The notes under the pieces are model-generated. The model made no database searches, was not told the origin of the DNA, and saw only the letters and a list, made by a program, of their open reading frames with translations. The position numbers were made by a program, and so were the translations under genes. Below, one piece after another: positions 56,347-64,000 of a stretch of 64,000 nucleotides of DNA. Numbering within the stretch: position 1 is the stretch's first letter; each line of letters begins with the position of its first letter. Source of the DNA: Candidatus Omnitrophota bacterium (GTDB lineage Bacteria > Omnitrophota > Gorgyraeia > Gygaellales > Profunditerraquicolaceae); assembly GCA_028712375.1 (NCBI GenBank), contig JAQTQG010000001.1:110126-174125 (forward strand). Direction: 5' to 3'.

Positions 56347-57566
56347 TGCGTAAAGTTTTAACATTTATTATGGCTGGCGGGAAAGGTGAGCGCTTGTTGC
56401 CTTTAACCAAAGACCGCACCAAGCCGGCGGTGCCTTTTGGCGGGATTTACCGGATTATTGATTTTACTTTAAGCAATTGCATTAATTCCGGGATGCGTAA
56501 AATATATATACTCACTCAATATAAATCCGCTTCTTTGCAAAGGCATATTCGTTTAGGCTGGAACTTCCTTCCTTCGGAACTGGGGCAGTTTATTGAGTTG
56601 CTTCCTGCCCAGCAGAGGATCGGGGATTCCTGGTATATGGGTACGGCGGATGCCATTTATCAGAATTTATATACATTAGAAATGGACCGCCCGGATGAAG
56701 TTTTGATTTTAGCCGGTGACCATATCTATAAAATGAATTATTATTCTATGATTGATGTGCATCGTGAGCAAAACGCGGATTTGACTGTAGGAGTGGTGGA
56801 GATTGATAAGTTCAAATCTAAACACTTGGGAGTAGTAGAGACAGATGTTCAGGGGAGGGTTACCGGTTTTCAGGAAAAACCGGCTAATCCTAAGACAATT
56901 CCGGGAAAACCTGATAAGATTTTTGGCTCAATGGGTATTTATGTTTTTAATCAATCGGTATTGATGCAGGAATTATTGGAGGATGCTAAAAATAGTAAAT
57001 CCGCGCATGATTTTGGCAAAGACATTATCCCTCAGATGTTAAAAAAGGGGATGAAAATCGTGGCGTATAACTTCCGTGATAAAGATAATGGTGAGGAATA
57101 TTGGCGGGATATTGGGACTATTGATGCTTATTATGATGCAAATATGGAATTAATCCAGGTTAATCCCACTTTCAACCTTTATGATCAGGAATGGCTGATC
57201 CGGACTTTTCAAGAGCAGTATCCCCCGGTTAAAACCGTGCATTCCGGAGATAAAGAAGAGGGCCGGGTGGGGCTAGTGTTGGATTCTATTGTTTCCGAAG
57301 GATGCGTGGTTAGCGGAGGGCGGGTACAGCGTTCCATACTTTCGCCGAATGTGCGCATAAACAGTTTCTCCGAGGTCTATGATTCAATCTTAATGGAAAG
57401 TGTCCATGTCGGCAGGCATGCAAAAGTTAAACGGGCGATTATTGATAAAGATGTAAGCATCCCGCAGGGCATGGTTATCGGTTTTAATTTAGAGGAAGAT
57501 AGAAAAAGATTTTTTGTCAGCGAATCGGGTATTGTGGTAGTAGCCAAGGGCACAGAGATTAAATAG
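56343..57566 (+). CDS. glgC: Glucose-1-phosphate adenylyltransferase (ADP-glucose pyrophosphorylase)
   Basis: 407 aa. IMAGGKGERLLPLT..KPAVPFGGIYRIIDFTLSNCINSG. C-terminal left-handed beta-helix region. Confidence 0.9.
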   Translation: MMRKVLTFIMAGGKGERLLPLTKDRTKPAVPFGGIYRIIDFTLSNCINSGMRKIYILTQYKSASLQRHIRLGWNFLPSELGQFIELLPAQQRIGDSWYMGTADAIYQNLYTLEMDRPDEVLILAGDHIYKMNYYSMIDVHREQNADLTVGVVEIDKFKSKHLGVVETDVQGRVTGFQEKPANPKTIPGKPDKIFGSMGIYVFNQSVLMQELLEDAKNSKSAHDFGKDIIPQMLKKGMKIVAYNFRDKDNGEEYWRDIGTIDAYYDANMELIQVNPTFNLYDQEWLIRTFQEQYPPVKTVHSGDKEEGRVGLVLDSIVSEGCVVSGGRVQRSILSPNVRINSFSEVYDSILMESVHVGRHAKVKRAIIDKDVSIPQGMVIGFNLEEDRKRFFVSESGIVVVAKGTEIK

Positions 57567-57576
57567 TTTAGAATAT

Positions 57577-58026
57577 ATGATTAGAAAAGCCAAAATTAAG
57601 GATATAAAACAGATCCAGGAATTAATCGGCACTTTTGCCAAACTGGATGTAATGTTGCCGCGTTCACTCAATGAGCTTTATGAGAATATCCGCGATTTTT
57701 GGGTTTATGAGGATAAAGATAAGGTGTGTGGCTGCGCTGCTTTACATATTGCCTGGGATGATTTAGCTGAAATTAAATCTTTAGCTGTTGCTAAGAATAA
57801 GCAAGGTAAGGGGCTGGGCCAGGATTTGGTTGCCGCCTGCCTAGCGGAAGCCAAGGTGATGGGGGCAAAGAAAATTTTTGTGCTCACTTATAAGCCGGAT
57901 TTTTTTAAAAAGCTGGGTTTTAAAAAAGTTAAGCATGAAGCTCTCCCGCATAAGATCTGGGCGGAGTGTATCAACTGCTGTAAATTCCCCAACTGCCAAG
58001 AGATTGCATTGCTAAAAATATTGTAA
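57577..58026 (+). CDS. GNAT-family N-acetyltransferase with a C-terminal Cys-rich tail
   Basis: 149 aa. GNAT motif A (KNKQGKGLGQDLV). C-terminal CINCCKFPNC. Confidence 0.7.
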   Translation: MIRKAKIKDIKQIQELIGTFAKLDVMLPRSLNELYENIRDFWVYEDKDKVCGCAALHIAWDDLAEIKSLAVAKNKQGKGLGQDLVAACLAEAKVMGAKKIFVLTYKPDFFKKLGFKKVKHEALPHKIWAECINCCKFPNCQEIALLKIL

Positions 58027-58048
58027 AATAATCTTTTTATGTTATAAT
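58021..58048 (+). promoter_or_regulatory. Candidate sigma70 promoter TTGTAA-16-TATAAT upstream of the bcd-etfBA operon
   Basis: TTGTAA at 58021-58026, TATAAT at 58043-58048. About 85 nt leader to an AGGAGG RBS and ATG at 58135. Confidence 0.35.
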
Positions 58049-58134
58049 TCTTCAATTGCCGATTTTTGGAAAGTTTTAAGCAGTAAGCTTTAAGTTTAGC
58101 ACTTGCAGCTTATGACTTATTAATAGGAGGAAAA

Positions 58135-59286
58135 ATGGATTATCTGTTGACCGATGAACAAAAAATGATTAAAGATTTGGCGCATAAGATAGCTGAAGAA
58201 AAAATCCGGCCGGTAGCCGCTAAATATGATATTAGTGAAGAGTATCCCTGGGAAGTTTTAAAAGTGATGGGTGAATCAGATATGTTTGGTTTGTTTATTC
58301 CTGAAGAGTACGGCGGTTTTGCTAATAGCACCATGAATTTATGTTTGGCGACTGAAGAGTTTTCCCGCGCTTGCGGTGGCATTGCGGTTTGCTATGCGGC
58401 CAGCGCTCTAGGAACAATTCCGATTGTTTTATTTGGTACTGATGAGCAGAAGAAAAAATATTTACCGGATTTAGCCAGCGGAAAAAAAGTAGCGGCGTTT
58501 GCGGTTACCGAACCGGAAGCCGGCAGTGATGCTTCGGGGATTAAAACAGTGGCTAAAAAAGTAGGGGATCATTATGTTTTGAACGGCCTGAAACATTTTA
58601 TTACCAATGGCGGCGATGCTGAAACTTATGTTGTGATTGCGATGACCGATAAAACCAAGGGTGCCCGCGGCGCTACAGCTTTTATTGTTGAGAAAGGTAC
58701 ACCGGGATTTACTTTTGGCAAAAAGGAAGATAAATTCGGAATTCGAGCTTCCAGCACGCGTGAATTGATTTTTACTGATTGTAAGATTCCGGCGGCAAAT
58801 TTGTTAGCTAAAGAAGGCATGGGGTTTATTGTGACTATGCGGACTTTTGATATGTCCCGTCCGGGAGTTGCGGCGCAGGCTTTAGGTATTGCCCAGGGGG
58901 CGTTAGAGTTATCGGTTAAGTATGTGCATGAAAGAGTCCAGTTTGGTAAGCCAATTTCCACTTTTCAGGGTATTCAGTGGATGATTGCGGATATGGCCAC
59001 GGAAGTAGAAGCTGCGCGCGGTTTGGTTTATTCGACCGCTAGAATGGTAGACGCTGGGATCAAGGATGTGTCTAAGGAATCAGCGATGGCTAAGATGTAT
59101 GCTTCAGATGTAGCAATGAAGGTGACGGTGGATGCTTTGCAGTTATTCGGCGGTTATGGTTATATGAAAGATTATCCGATTGAGAAATATGTGCGTGATG
59201 CTAAAATTACCCAGATCTATGAGGGGACTAATCAGGTGCAGCGCGGTATTATTGCTTTAAAGATAATTAAGGAAATGGCCAAATAA
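58135..59286 (+). CDS. bcd: Acyl-CoA dehydrogenase (short-chain/butyryl-CoA dehydrogenase-like)
   Basis: 383 aa. Colinear with Bcd (LTDEQKMI, AFAVTEPEAGSD, C-terminal YEGTNQVQR). Confidence 0.85.
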   Translation: MDYLLTDEQKMIKDLAHKIAEEKIRPVAAKYDISEEYPWEVLKVMGESDMFGLFIPEEYGGFANSTMNLCLATEEFSRACGGIAVCYAASALGTIPIVLFGTDEQKKKYLPDLASGKKVAAFAVTEPEAGSDASGIKTVAKKVGDHYVLNGLKHFITNGGDAETYVVIAMTDKTKGARGATAFIVEKGTPGFTFGKKEDKFGIRASSTRELIFTDCKIPAANLLAKEGMGFIVTMRTFDMSRPGVAAQALGIAQGALELSVKYVHERVQFGKPISTFQGIQWMIADMATEVEAARGLVYSTARMVDAGIKDVSKESAMAKMYASDVAMKVTVDALQLFGGYGYMKDYPIEKYVRDAKITQIYEGTNQVQRGIIALKIIKEMAK

Positions 59287-59323
59287 GCGCGAACCTAGTT
59301 TTAATAGATAAAAGGAAAACCAA

Positions 59324-60106
59324 ATGAATATCATTGTTTGTATAAAACAGGTCCCTGAAACTACCGAAGTAAGGATTAATCCTGAAACCAATACTTTAAT
59401 GCGTGAGGGAGTGAAGTCAATTATCAATCCTTTTGATATGTACGCGATTGAAGAAGCGGTGCGTCTTAAGGAAAGATTCGGCGGCAAGATCAGTGTGGTA
59501 ACTATGGGGCCTCCTCAGGCAGATAGCGCTTTGCGGGAAGCAATTTCCATGGGCGCTGATGAAGGATTCCTGGTTTGCGACCGGGCTTTTGCCGGGAGCG
59601 ATACCTGGGCGACCAGCTATACTTTAGCCGGGGCGATTAAGAAGCTGGGGGTTTTTGATTTAATAATTTGCGGTAAACAGGCTTCTGACGGGGATACGGC
59701 ACAGGTTGGCCCGGGCATTTCCACGCATTTAAATATTCCACAAGTAACTTATGTAAAAAAAGTGGAAGAGGCTACTGATAAATCCATGCGCTTAGAAAGG
59801 ATGCTGGAGGAAGGTTATGAAATTATTGAAACCCCCTTACCTGCGCTTTTAACTGTAGTTAAAGAGATTAATGAGCCGAGAATTCCTTCATTAAAAGGTT
59901 TGATGCGCGCAAAAAGCGCTAAAATAACTACGCTTACACAGAAAGAATTAAATTTAGACCCGCAGCAGATTGGTTTGTGCGGTTCACCTACCCAAGTTGT
60001 GAAAATTTTTACTCCTACTCCCAGGGTTGGCGGCCAGATACTTAAAGGAGAAATCCCCGATATCGCCAAAGAGCTTGTGGATTTAGTTAAAGGGGAGGTT
60101 AATTAA
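59324..60106 (+). CDS. etfB: Electron transfer flavoprotein beta subunit
   Basis: 260 aa. MNIIVCIKQVPET start, VKSIINPFDMYAIEEAVRLKE. Typical EtfB. Confidence 0.85.
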   Translation: MNIIVCIKQVPETTEVRINPETNTLMREGVKSIINPFDMYAIEEAVRLKERFGGKISVVTMGPPQADSALREAISMGADEGFLVCDRAFAGSDTWATSYTLAGAIKKLGVFDLIICGKQASDGDTAQVGPGISTHLNIPQVTYVKKVEEATDKSMRLERMLEEGYEIIETPLPALLTVVKEINEPRIPSLKGLMRAKSAKITTLTQKELNLDPQQIGLCGSPTQVVKIFTPTPRVGGQILKGEIPDIAKELVDLVKGEVN

Positions 60107-60107
60107 G

Positions 60108-61310
60108 ATGCCCATTTCCATTATTATTGAAAAATGCACCGGTTGTTCTTTATGTGTTAAAGCTTGCCCTTTTGATGCTATCAGGATAATGGATAAAAAA
60201 GCGTCCATTGATTTGCATAAATGCACTCTTTGTGGTGCCTGTAAAGATGCCTGTAAATTTAAAGCTGTTCTATTAGAAAAAACTCCGGCTACATGCAATT
60301 TGCCGGATATAAAAGATTATAAAGGAATATGGGTGTTTATTGAGCAGAAAAACGGCCGGGTTCAATCTGTTTCATATGAATTATTAGGCAAAGCCAATGA
60401 ATTATCTAAAAAGCTGGGTTGCCAGGTAAGCGGGGTCTTAATTGGTAATAAATTGGAAGATCAACTGGATGAGTTGATCTTTTGCGGTGCGGATAATATT
60501 TATTTGGTAGAAGCGCCGGAGTTGGCGAATTTCCAGGATGAGCCTTACACCAATATTCTAGTAGAATTAATCAAAAAATATAAACCGGAAATTCTTTTAT
60601 GCGGGGCAACAAATATCGGCAGGTCTTTAATTTCCCGCGTGGCCATTAATATCAAGGCTGGTTTAACCGCGGATTGTACGGGGTTGGATATTGACCCGGA
60701 TAAAAAGATTTTATTGCAAACGCGCCCGGCTTTCGGCGGCAATATTATGGCGACAATTGTTTCTCCGAATTACCGCCCGCAGATGTCTACAGTAAGGCAT
60801 AAAGTGTTTGCGCCTATGCCCGCAGATAAAAAGCGCAAAGGTAAAATCATTAGAGAGAGTTTTGACCCGCAATTATATATTTCGCGGACTAAACTTTTAG
60901 ATATTGTGGAAGAAATTGAATCTACGATTAATTTATCTGAAGCTGATATTATTGTCTCCGGAGGGCGCGGAATGGGTGGGCCGGAGAATTTTAAGTTATT
61001 AGAAGAATTGGCGCATGTTTTAGGAGCAGCAGTAGGTTCTAGCCGTGCGGCAGTGGATGCCGGTTGGATGCCGTATTCTCATCAGGTGGGCCAGACCGGG
61101 CGTACGGTGGGGCCTAAGATTTATTTTGCCTGTGGTATCAGCGGCCAAATTCAGCATCTTGTAGGGATGCAGTCTTCAAAAATTATTATTGCTATCAACA
61201 AAGACCCCGAAGCCCCGATTTTTAAAGTCGCCACTTACGGGATTGTCGGAGATCTTTTCCAGGTCGTTCCTGCTTTAACACAAGCTTTCAAAACCGCCCT
61301 TCGGAAATAA
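60108..61310 (+). CDS. etfA: Electron transfer flavoprotein alpha subunit with an N-terminal 2x[4Fe-4S] ferredoxin domain
   Basis: 400 aa. N-terminal CTGCSLCVKACP and CTLCGACKDAC motifs, followed by the EtfA domains (SGGRGMG, FACGISGQIQH FAD-binding region). Confidence 0.85.
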   Translation: MPISIIIEKCTGCSLCVKACPFDAIRIMDKKASIDLHKCTLCGACKDACKFKAVLLEKTPATCNLPDIKDYKGIWVFIEQKNGRVQSVSYELLGKANELSKKLGCQVSGVLIGNKLEDQLDELIFCGADNIYLVEAPELANFQDEPYTNILVELIKKYKPEILLCGATNIGRSLISRVAINIKAGLTADCTGLDIDPDKKILLQTRPAFGGNIMATIVSPNYRPQMSTVRHKVFAPMPADKKRKGKIIRESFDPQLYISRTKLLDIVEEIESTINLSEADIIVSGGRGMGGPENFKLLEELAHVLGAAVGSSRAAVDAGWMPYSHQVGQTGRTVGPKIYFACGISGQIQHLVGMQSSKIIIAINKDPEAPIFKVATYGIVGDLFQVVPALTQAFKTALRK

Positions 61311-61401
61311 TAAACTATTCCTGTTTTTACATCTTTCTGCACTAATCTGCCCTGCATTGACTAAGTTTGTATCTATATGTTAAAGAATGTAAATATTTTC
61401 C

Positions 61402-61430
61402 TTGACAAAATTTACCTATTTGATTATAAT
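61402..61430 (+). promoter_or_regulatory. Perfect consensus sigma70 promoter TTGACA-17-TATAAT
   Basis: TTGACA at 61402-61407, 17-nt spacer, TATAAT at 61425-61430. About 46 nt upstream of the small HTH gene. Confidence 0.5.
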
Positions 61431-61476
61431 GCAATCATAATAATGTAGAAAGTAATTTAATAATTTGAGGGAATAA

Positions 61477-61656
61477 ATGGTTAATAGCAATTTAATGACG
61501 ATTGAAGATCTGGCGGATTATTTAAAAGTTACCCGTCGGACTATTTATGATTGGTTAAAACATAATAAGATTCCTGCGCTAAAATTAGTCGGCCAGTGGC
61601 GGTTTAAGAAAGATAAAATTGATGATTGGCTGGAAAGCCAATCGCAACTACATTAA
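61477..61656 (+). CDS. Small helix-turn-helix DNA-binding protein, excisionase/MerR-superfamily (AlpA/Xis-like) type (59 aa)
   Basis: ORF not in the supplied track because it is under 60 aa. MVNSNLMTIEDLADYLKVTRRTIYDWLKHNKIPALKLVGQWRFKKDKIDDWLE matches the excisionase-family HTH domain pattern. GAGGG RBS upstream. Confidence 0.55.
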   Translation: MVNSNLMTIEDLADYLKVTRRTIYDWLKHNKIPALKLVGQWRFKKDKIDDWLESQSQLH

Positions 61657-61715
61657 TTTCAGATCTACCGCGTTAAGTAAGCGGTTATGCCCTTAAGGGG
61701 TAAGGAGATAGTATT

Positions 61716-64000
61716 ATGTATTTTAAAAGACTAGAGTTGGTTGGTTTTAAATCATTCTGTGATAAGACTACGCTTAATTTCGAACCGGGTATTACTGCGG
61801 TAGTCGGGCCGAATGGTTGCGGTAAATCTAATATTTTTGATTCCATCCGCTGGGTTTTGGGTGAGCAATCCGCAAAATCATTACGCGGCTCTGAAATGCT
61901 GGATGTTATTTTTAATGGTACGGATCAAAAAGAACCATTAAGCATGGCGGAGGTAAGCCTGGCATTTGATAATTCCAGCCGTTTTTTTAATGTGGATAAT
62001 TCGGAAGTGTTGATTACCCGCAGGCTCTTTAGGTCCGGTGAAAGTGAGTATATGCTGAATAAAGCCACCGTGCGGCTTAAAGATATTTTAGATTTATTAT
62101 TAGGCACAGGTATCGGGGCGGAAAGCTATTCGATTATTGCCCAGGGAAAAATCGATTTGGTTTTGAGTTCCCGCCCGGAAGACCGCCGGGTAGTTTTTGA
62201 TGAAGCCAGCGGAATAAGTAAATATAAGGCCCAGAAGAGAGAAACCACGCGAAAGTTAGAAGAGACAGAGCAAAATCTTTTACGTGTAAATGATATCGTG
62301 ACCGAAGTTAAGCGCCAGATTGGTTCCCTGGAACGCCAGGCGAACAAAGCCCGCCGTTATAAGGAAGTTTTTGAAGAATTAAAACTAAAGGAAACGAATG
62401 CTGCCAGTTTAGATAAAAATAATCTGCGGGCAGAAAAAGAAGGAGTGCTCGGGCAGTTGGCGGATTTGAAAAAAGAAGAAGCATCTTTAATTGAATTAAT
62501 CGCGCAGCAGGAAGCGAAAATTGCCAATCGCCAGTCGGAATTAAAAAGCCTTGAGGAAGCAATGATGGATGCGCGCAGCCAGATACTTAATTTGGAGAAT
62601 AGCCTGGTGCGCAATAATGAGCACATCAGTTTTAATCAGCAGCGGATTAATGAATTGATCCAGAATAACCAGGTTTTAGAAGGACAGATTGAACAGGCTA
62701 AAGCTAAGCTTCTGCAGGATGAAGAAAAGCTACAGCAGGTACGCGATGAATACGCTAATCTTAAACAGAACATAGAGGCAAAACAGTCCAGCTTAACGCA
62801 GAAAGAAGAAGAGATTGATAAGCTTAGTTTAAGTATAAAGAATTCGCTGGAACTGATTACCGAATGCAAGAAGGTTATTTTAGAATTAGAAAATTCAATT
62901 TCAAATACTAATAATCAAATCGGGGATTTTAATTCTAAGCATCAGGTTTATCTAGCCCGTAAAAAAAGGCTGGAAATTGAAAAGGCCAAAGTGTTTGAGG
63001 ATAAGGTGATTACCGAGGAGGCTTTAAATAAAGTCACCCAGGAATTAGAGGATACGCGGGCACAGGTGCTTGAGTTTAAACAGAAAATTTCCGATGTAAA
63101 GAGCAGCCTTCAGCGTGAAGGCCAAAATTTAGAGGAGATTAACCAGGGGATTTTGAACCTGGGGAATGAAAAGCTTACCCTGGTTTCCCACAAAGAATTT
63201 TTAGAAAAACTAAAAACTAAATATGAAGATATTGGTGAGTCATCCAATGCGGTTATTTTTCTGGATAAGATGCCCAATGAGAGCCTGACGGGCTTAGTAG
63301 TAAAAATTCAGGATCAGCTGGCTTTAAGTCCGCAGGACCGGGCGCATTTGAGTACTGCTGCTTTTAAAATAAGCGGTGAGGCTAAGCCGATTGAATTAGA
63401 TACGCAGAAAATTGATGAAAAGATTGCCAGGCTGGAAGAGAATATCGGTGAATTGCGTAATCGGATGGTGCTGCGGCAGGCTTGTATTTCGGAGCTAACC
63501 AAAACTTCCGATGATCTAGAGCTGGAGTTACGTAATTACGAGATTGCTTTAGCGAATAAAGAATCCAGCCACGCCGCAATCCAGGAGCAATTTGATAAAA
63601 TAAAAGAAGAAGAAGATGTGATTGTGATGGAATTGACTGATGTGGCGCGGGAAATTTCCGTGATCGAGCAGAATTTAACCAGCGCTCAGAGTACGCTGGC
63701 GGATTTAAATAACCAGGAAAGGTTAAGGCAAGACAAGATTGTTCAGGAAGAGGATGCTATTTCTTTAAATAGCAAATTACGTGAAGAGGTGCTGGTGTTT
63801 ATCACCCAGACTAAAACCGAGATTGAAGCTTTGAATAGGCGTTTTAGTTCCGATGCGGAAACTTTAAAGATACTGGATCAGACTTATGCGCAGGATAAAT
63901 CCAGCCTGGAAAATATTCAACGCCAGATTACTGAGGCTAAAGAGCGCCAGGAAGGTTTAAATAATGAAATTACTGAGTGTCAGTATGCTAATCAGCAGTC
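61716..64000 (+). CDS. smc: Chromosome segregation protein SMC (5' portion; continues beyond the window)
   Basis: The open frame runs from ATG 61716 (RBS AAGGAG) to the window edge. N-terminal Walker A head (MYFKRLELVGFKSF...AVVGPNGCGKSNI) followed by long coiled-coil sequence. Absent from the ORF track only because no stop falls inside the window. Confidence 0.9.
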   Translation, partial: MYFKRLELVGFKSFCDKTTLNFEPGITAVVGPNGCGKSNIFDSIRWVLGEQSAKSLRGSEMLDVIFNGTDQKEPLSMAEVSLAFDNSSRFFNVDNSEVLITRRLFRSGESEYMLNKATVRLKDILDLLLGTGIGAESYSIIAQGKIDLVLSSRPEDRRVVFDEASGISKYKAQKRETTRKLEETEQNLLRVNDIVTEVKRQIGSLERQANKARRYKEVFEELKLKETNAASLDKNNLRAEKEGVLGQLADLKKEEASLIELIAQQEAKIANRQSELKSLEEAMMDARSQILNLENSLVRNNEHISFNQQRINELIQNNQVLEGQIEQAKAKLLQDEEKLQQVRDEYANLKQNIEAKQSSLTQKEEEIDKLSLSIKNSLELITECKKVILELENSISNTNNQIGDFNSKHQVYLARKKRLEIEKAKVFEDKVITEEALNKVTQELEDTRAQVLEFKQKISDVKSSLQREGQNLEEINQGILNLGNEKLTLVSHKEFLEKLKTKYEDIGESSNAVIFLDKMPNESLTGLVVKIQDQLALSPQDRAHLSTAAFKISGEAKPIELDTQKIDEKIARLEENIGELRNRMVLRQACISELTKTSDDLELELRNYEIALANKESSHAAIQEQFDKIKEEEDVIVMELTDVAREISVIEQNLTSAQSTLADLNNQERLRQDKIVQEEDAISLNSKLREEVLVFITQTKTEIEALNRRFSSDAETLKILDQTYAQDKSSLENIQRQITEAKERQEGLNNEITECQYANQQ

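Noticed and set aside
61311-61476. Checked the longer intergenic gaps (55597-55746, 58027-58134, 61311-61476) for tRNA, CRISPR or IS inverted repeats
   Set aside because: No cloverleaf-compatible GC-rich stems or T-loop consensus, no direct repeats, no transposase or integrase ORFs. These gaps are AT-rich promoter or leader regions.
62126-62869. Cluster of minus-strand ORFs (62126-62347, 62308-62562, 62357-62626, 62636-62869) and 63314-63579
   Set aside because: They are antisense to the smc coiled-coil region. The + strand frame is open from 61716 to the window end and is clearly SMC, so these are shadow ORFs.
1-64000. Possibility that the glycan region is a horizontally acquired island or mobile element
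   Set aside because: No integrase, transposase, tRNA or flanking direct repeats in the window. Codon usage and AT-richness look uniform by eye between the glycan block and the housekeeping block. The single excisionase-like HTH gene is reported as a finding, not as evidence of a mobile element.

Overview
All coding in this 64 kb window is on the + strand: roughly 60 tightly packed genes, many with overlapping stop/start codons, and no convincing CDS on the minus strand. The sequence looks AT-rich bacterial (roughly 40% GC by eye, not computed). GT9 heptosyltransferases, GmhB, WaaL/Wzy-like proteins and WecA indicate a diderm (LPS-bearing) organism. I found no rRNA, tRNA, CRISPR array or mobile element.

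The first ~46 kb (211..45933) is one very large LPS / O-antigen / glycan biosynthesis supercluster. It contains three DegT-family aminotransferases, about seven SDR-type sugar-nucleotide epimerase/dehydratases (including a clear GDP-L-fucose synthase), ManC, GmhB, WecB and WecA. It also holds about 13 glycosyltransferases (GT2, GT4, GT9, GT28, a GT-C ArnT-like enzyme and an ArnC-like polyprenyl-P-sugar synthase), four SAM methyltransferases, an AsnB-type amidotransferase, a radical SAM/SPASM enzyme, a polysaccharide deacetylase and two Wzy/WaaL-like membrane proteins.

A CDP-3,6-dideoxyhexose pathway sits inside this cluster. DdhA (glucose-1-phosphate cytidylyltransferase) and DdhB (CDP-glucose 4,6-dehydratase) are at 21052..22817. 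DdhC/E1, with His in place of the PLP lysine and a CxCx7C iron-sulfur motif, is about 9 kb downstream at 31619..32932. No E3 reductase is recognisable.

Between DdhAB and DdhC lies the most unusual part. An ALS-like TPP enzyme (YerE-like) plus an SDR reductase suggest a branched-chain, yersiniose-like sugar. These are preceded by a five-gene module (MBL-fold hydrolase, a 4Fe-4S/TIM-like protein of unknown function, a HAD phosphatase, a DmpG-like class II aldolase fused to a DUF115/Maf-like domain, and an HpcH/HpaI pyruvate aldolase). This looks like a C-C bond-forming route to an unusual higher-carbon or branched sugar and is the best candidate here for an undescribed system.

The last ~18 kb is housekeeping. 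PriA has degenerate Walker A, Walker B and motif VI, so it is predicted to lack ATPase activity. Then come fmt, two tandem GalT-like paralogs (the first lacking the HPH nucleophile His), gap-pgk-tpiA-secG with a strong terminator, an MFS-like transporter, marC, glgC, a GNAT, bcd-etfB-etfA (EtfA fused to a 2x[4Fe-4S] ferredoxin domain), a small excisionase-type HTH gene behind a perfect consensus sigma70 promoter, and the 5' part of smc running off the window.
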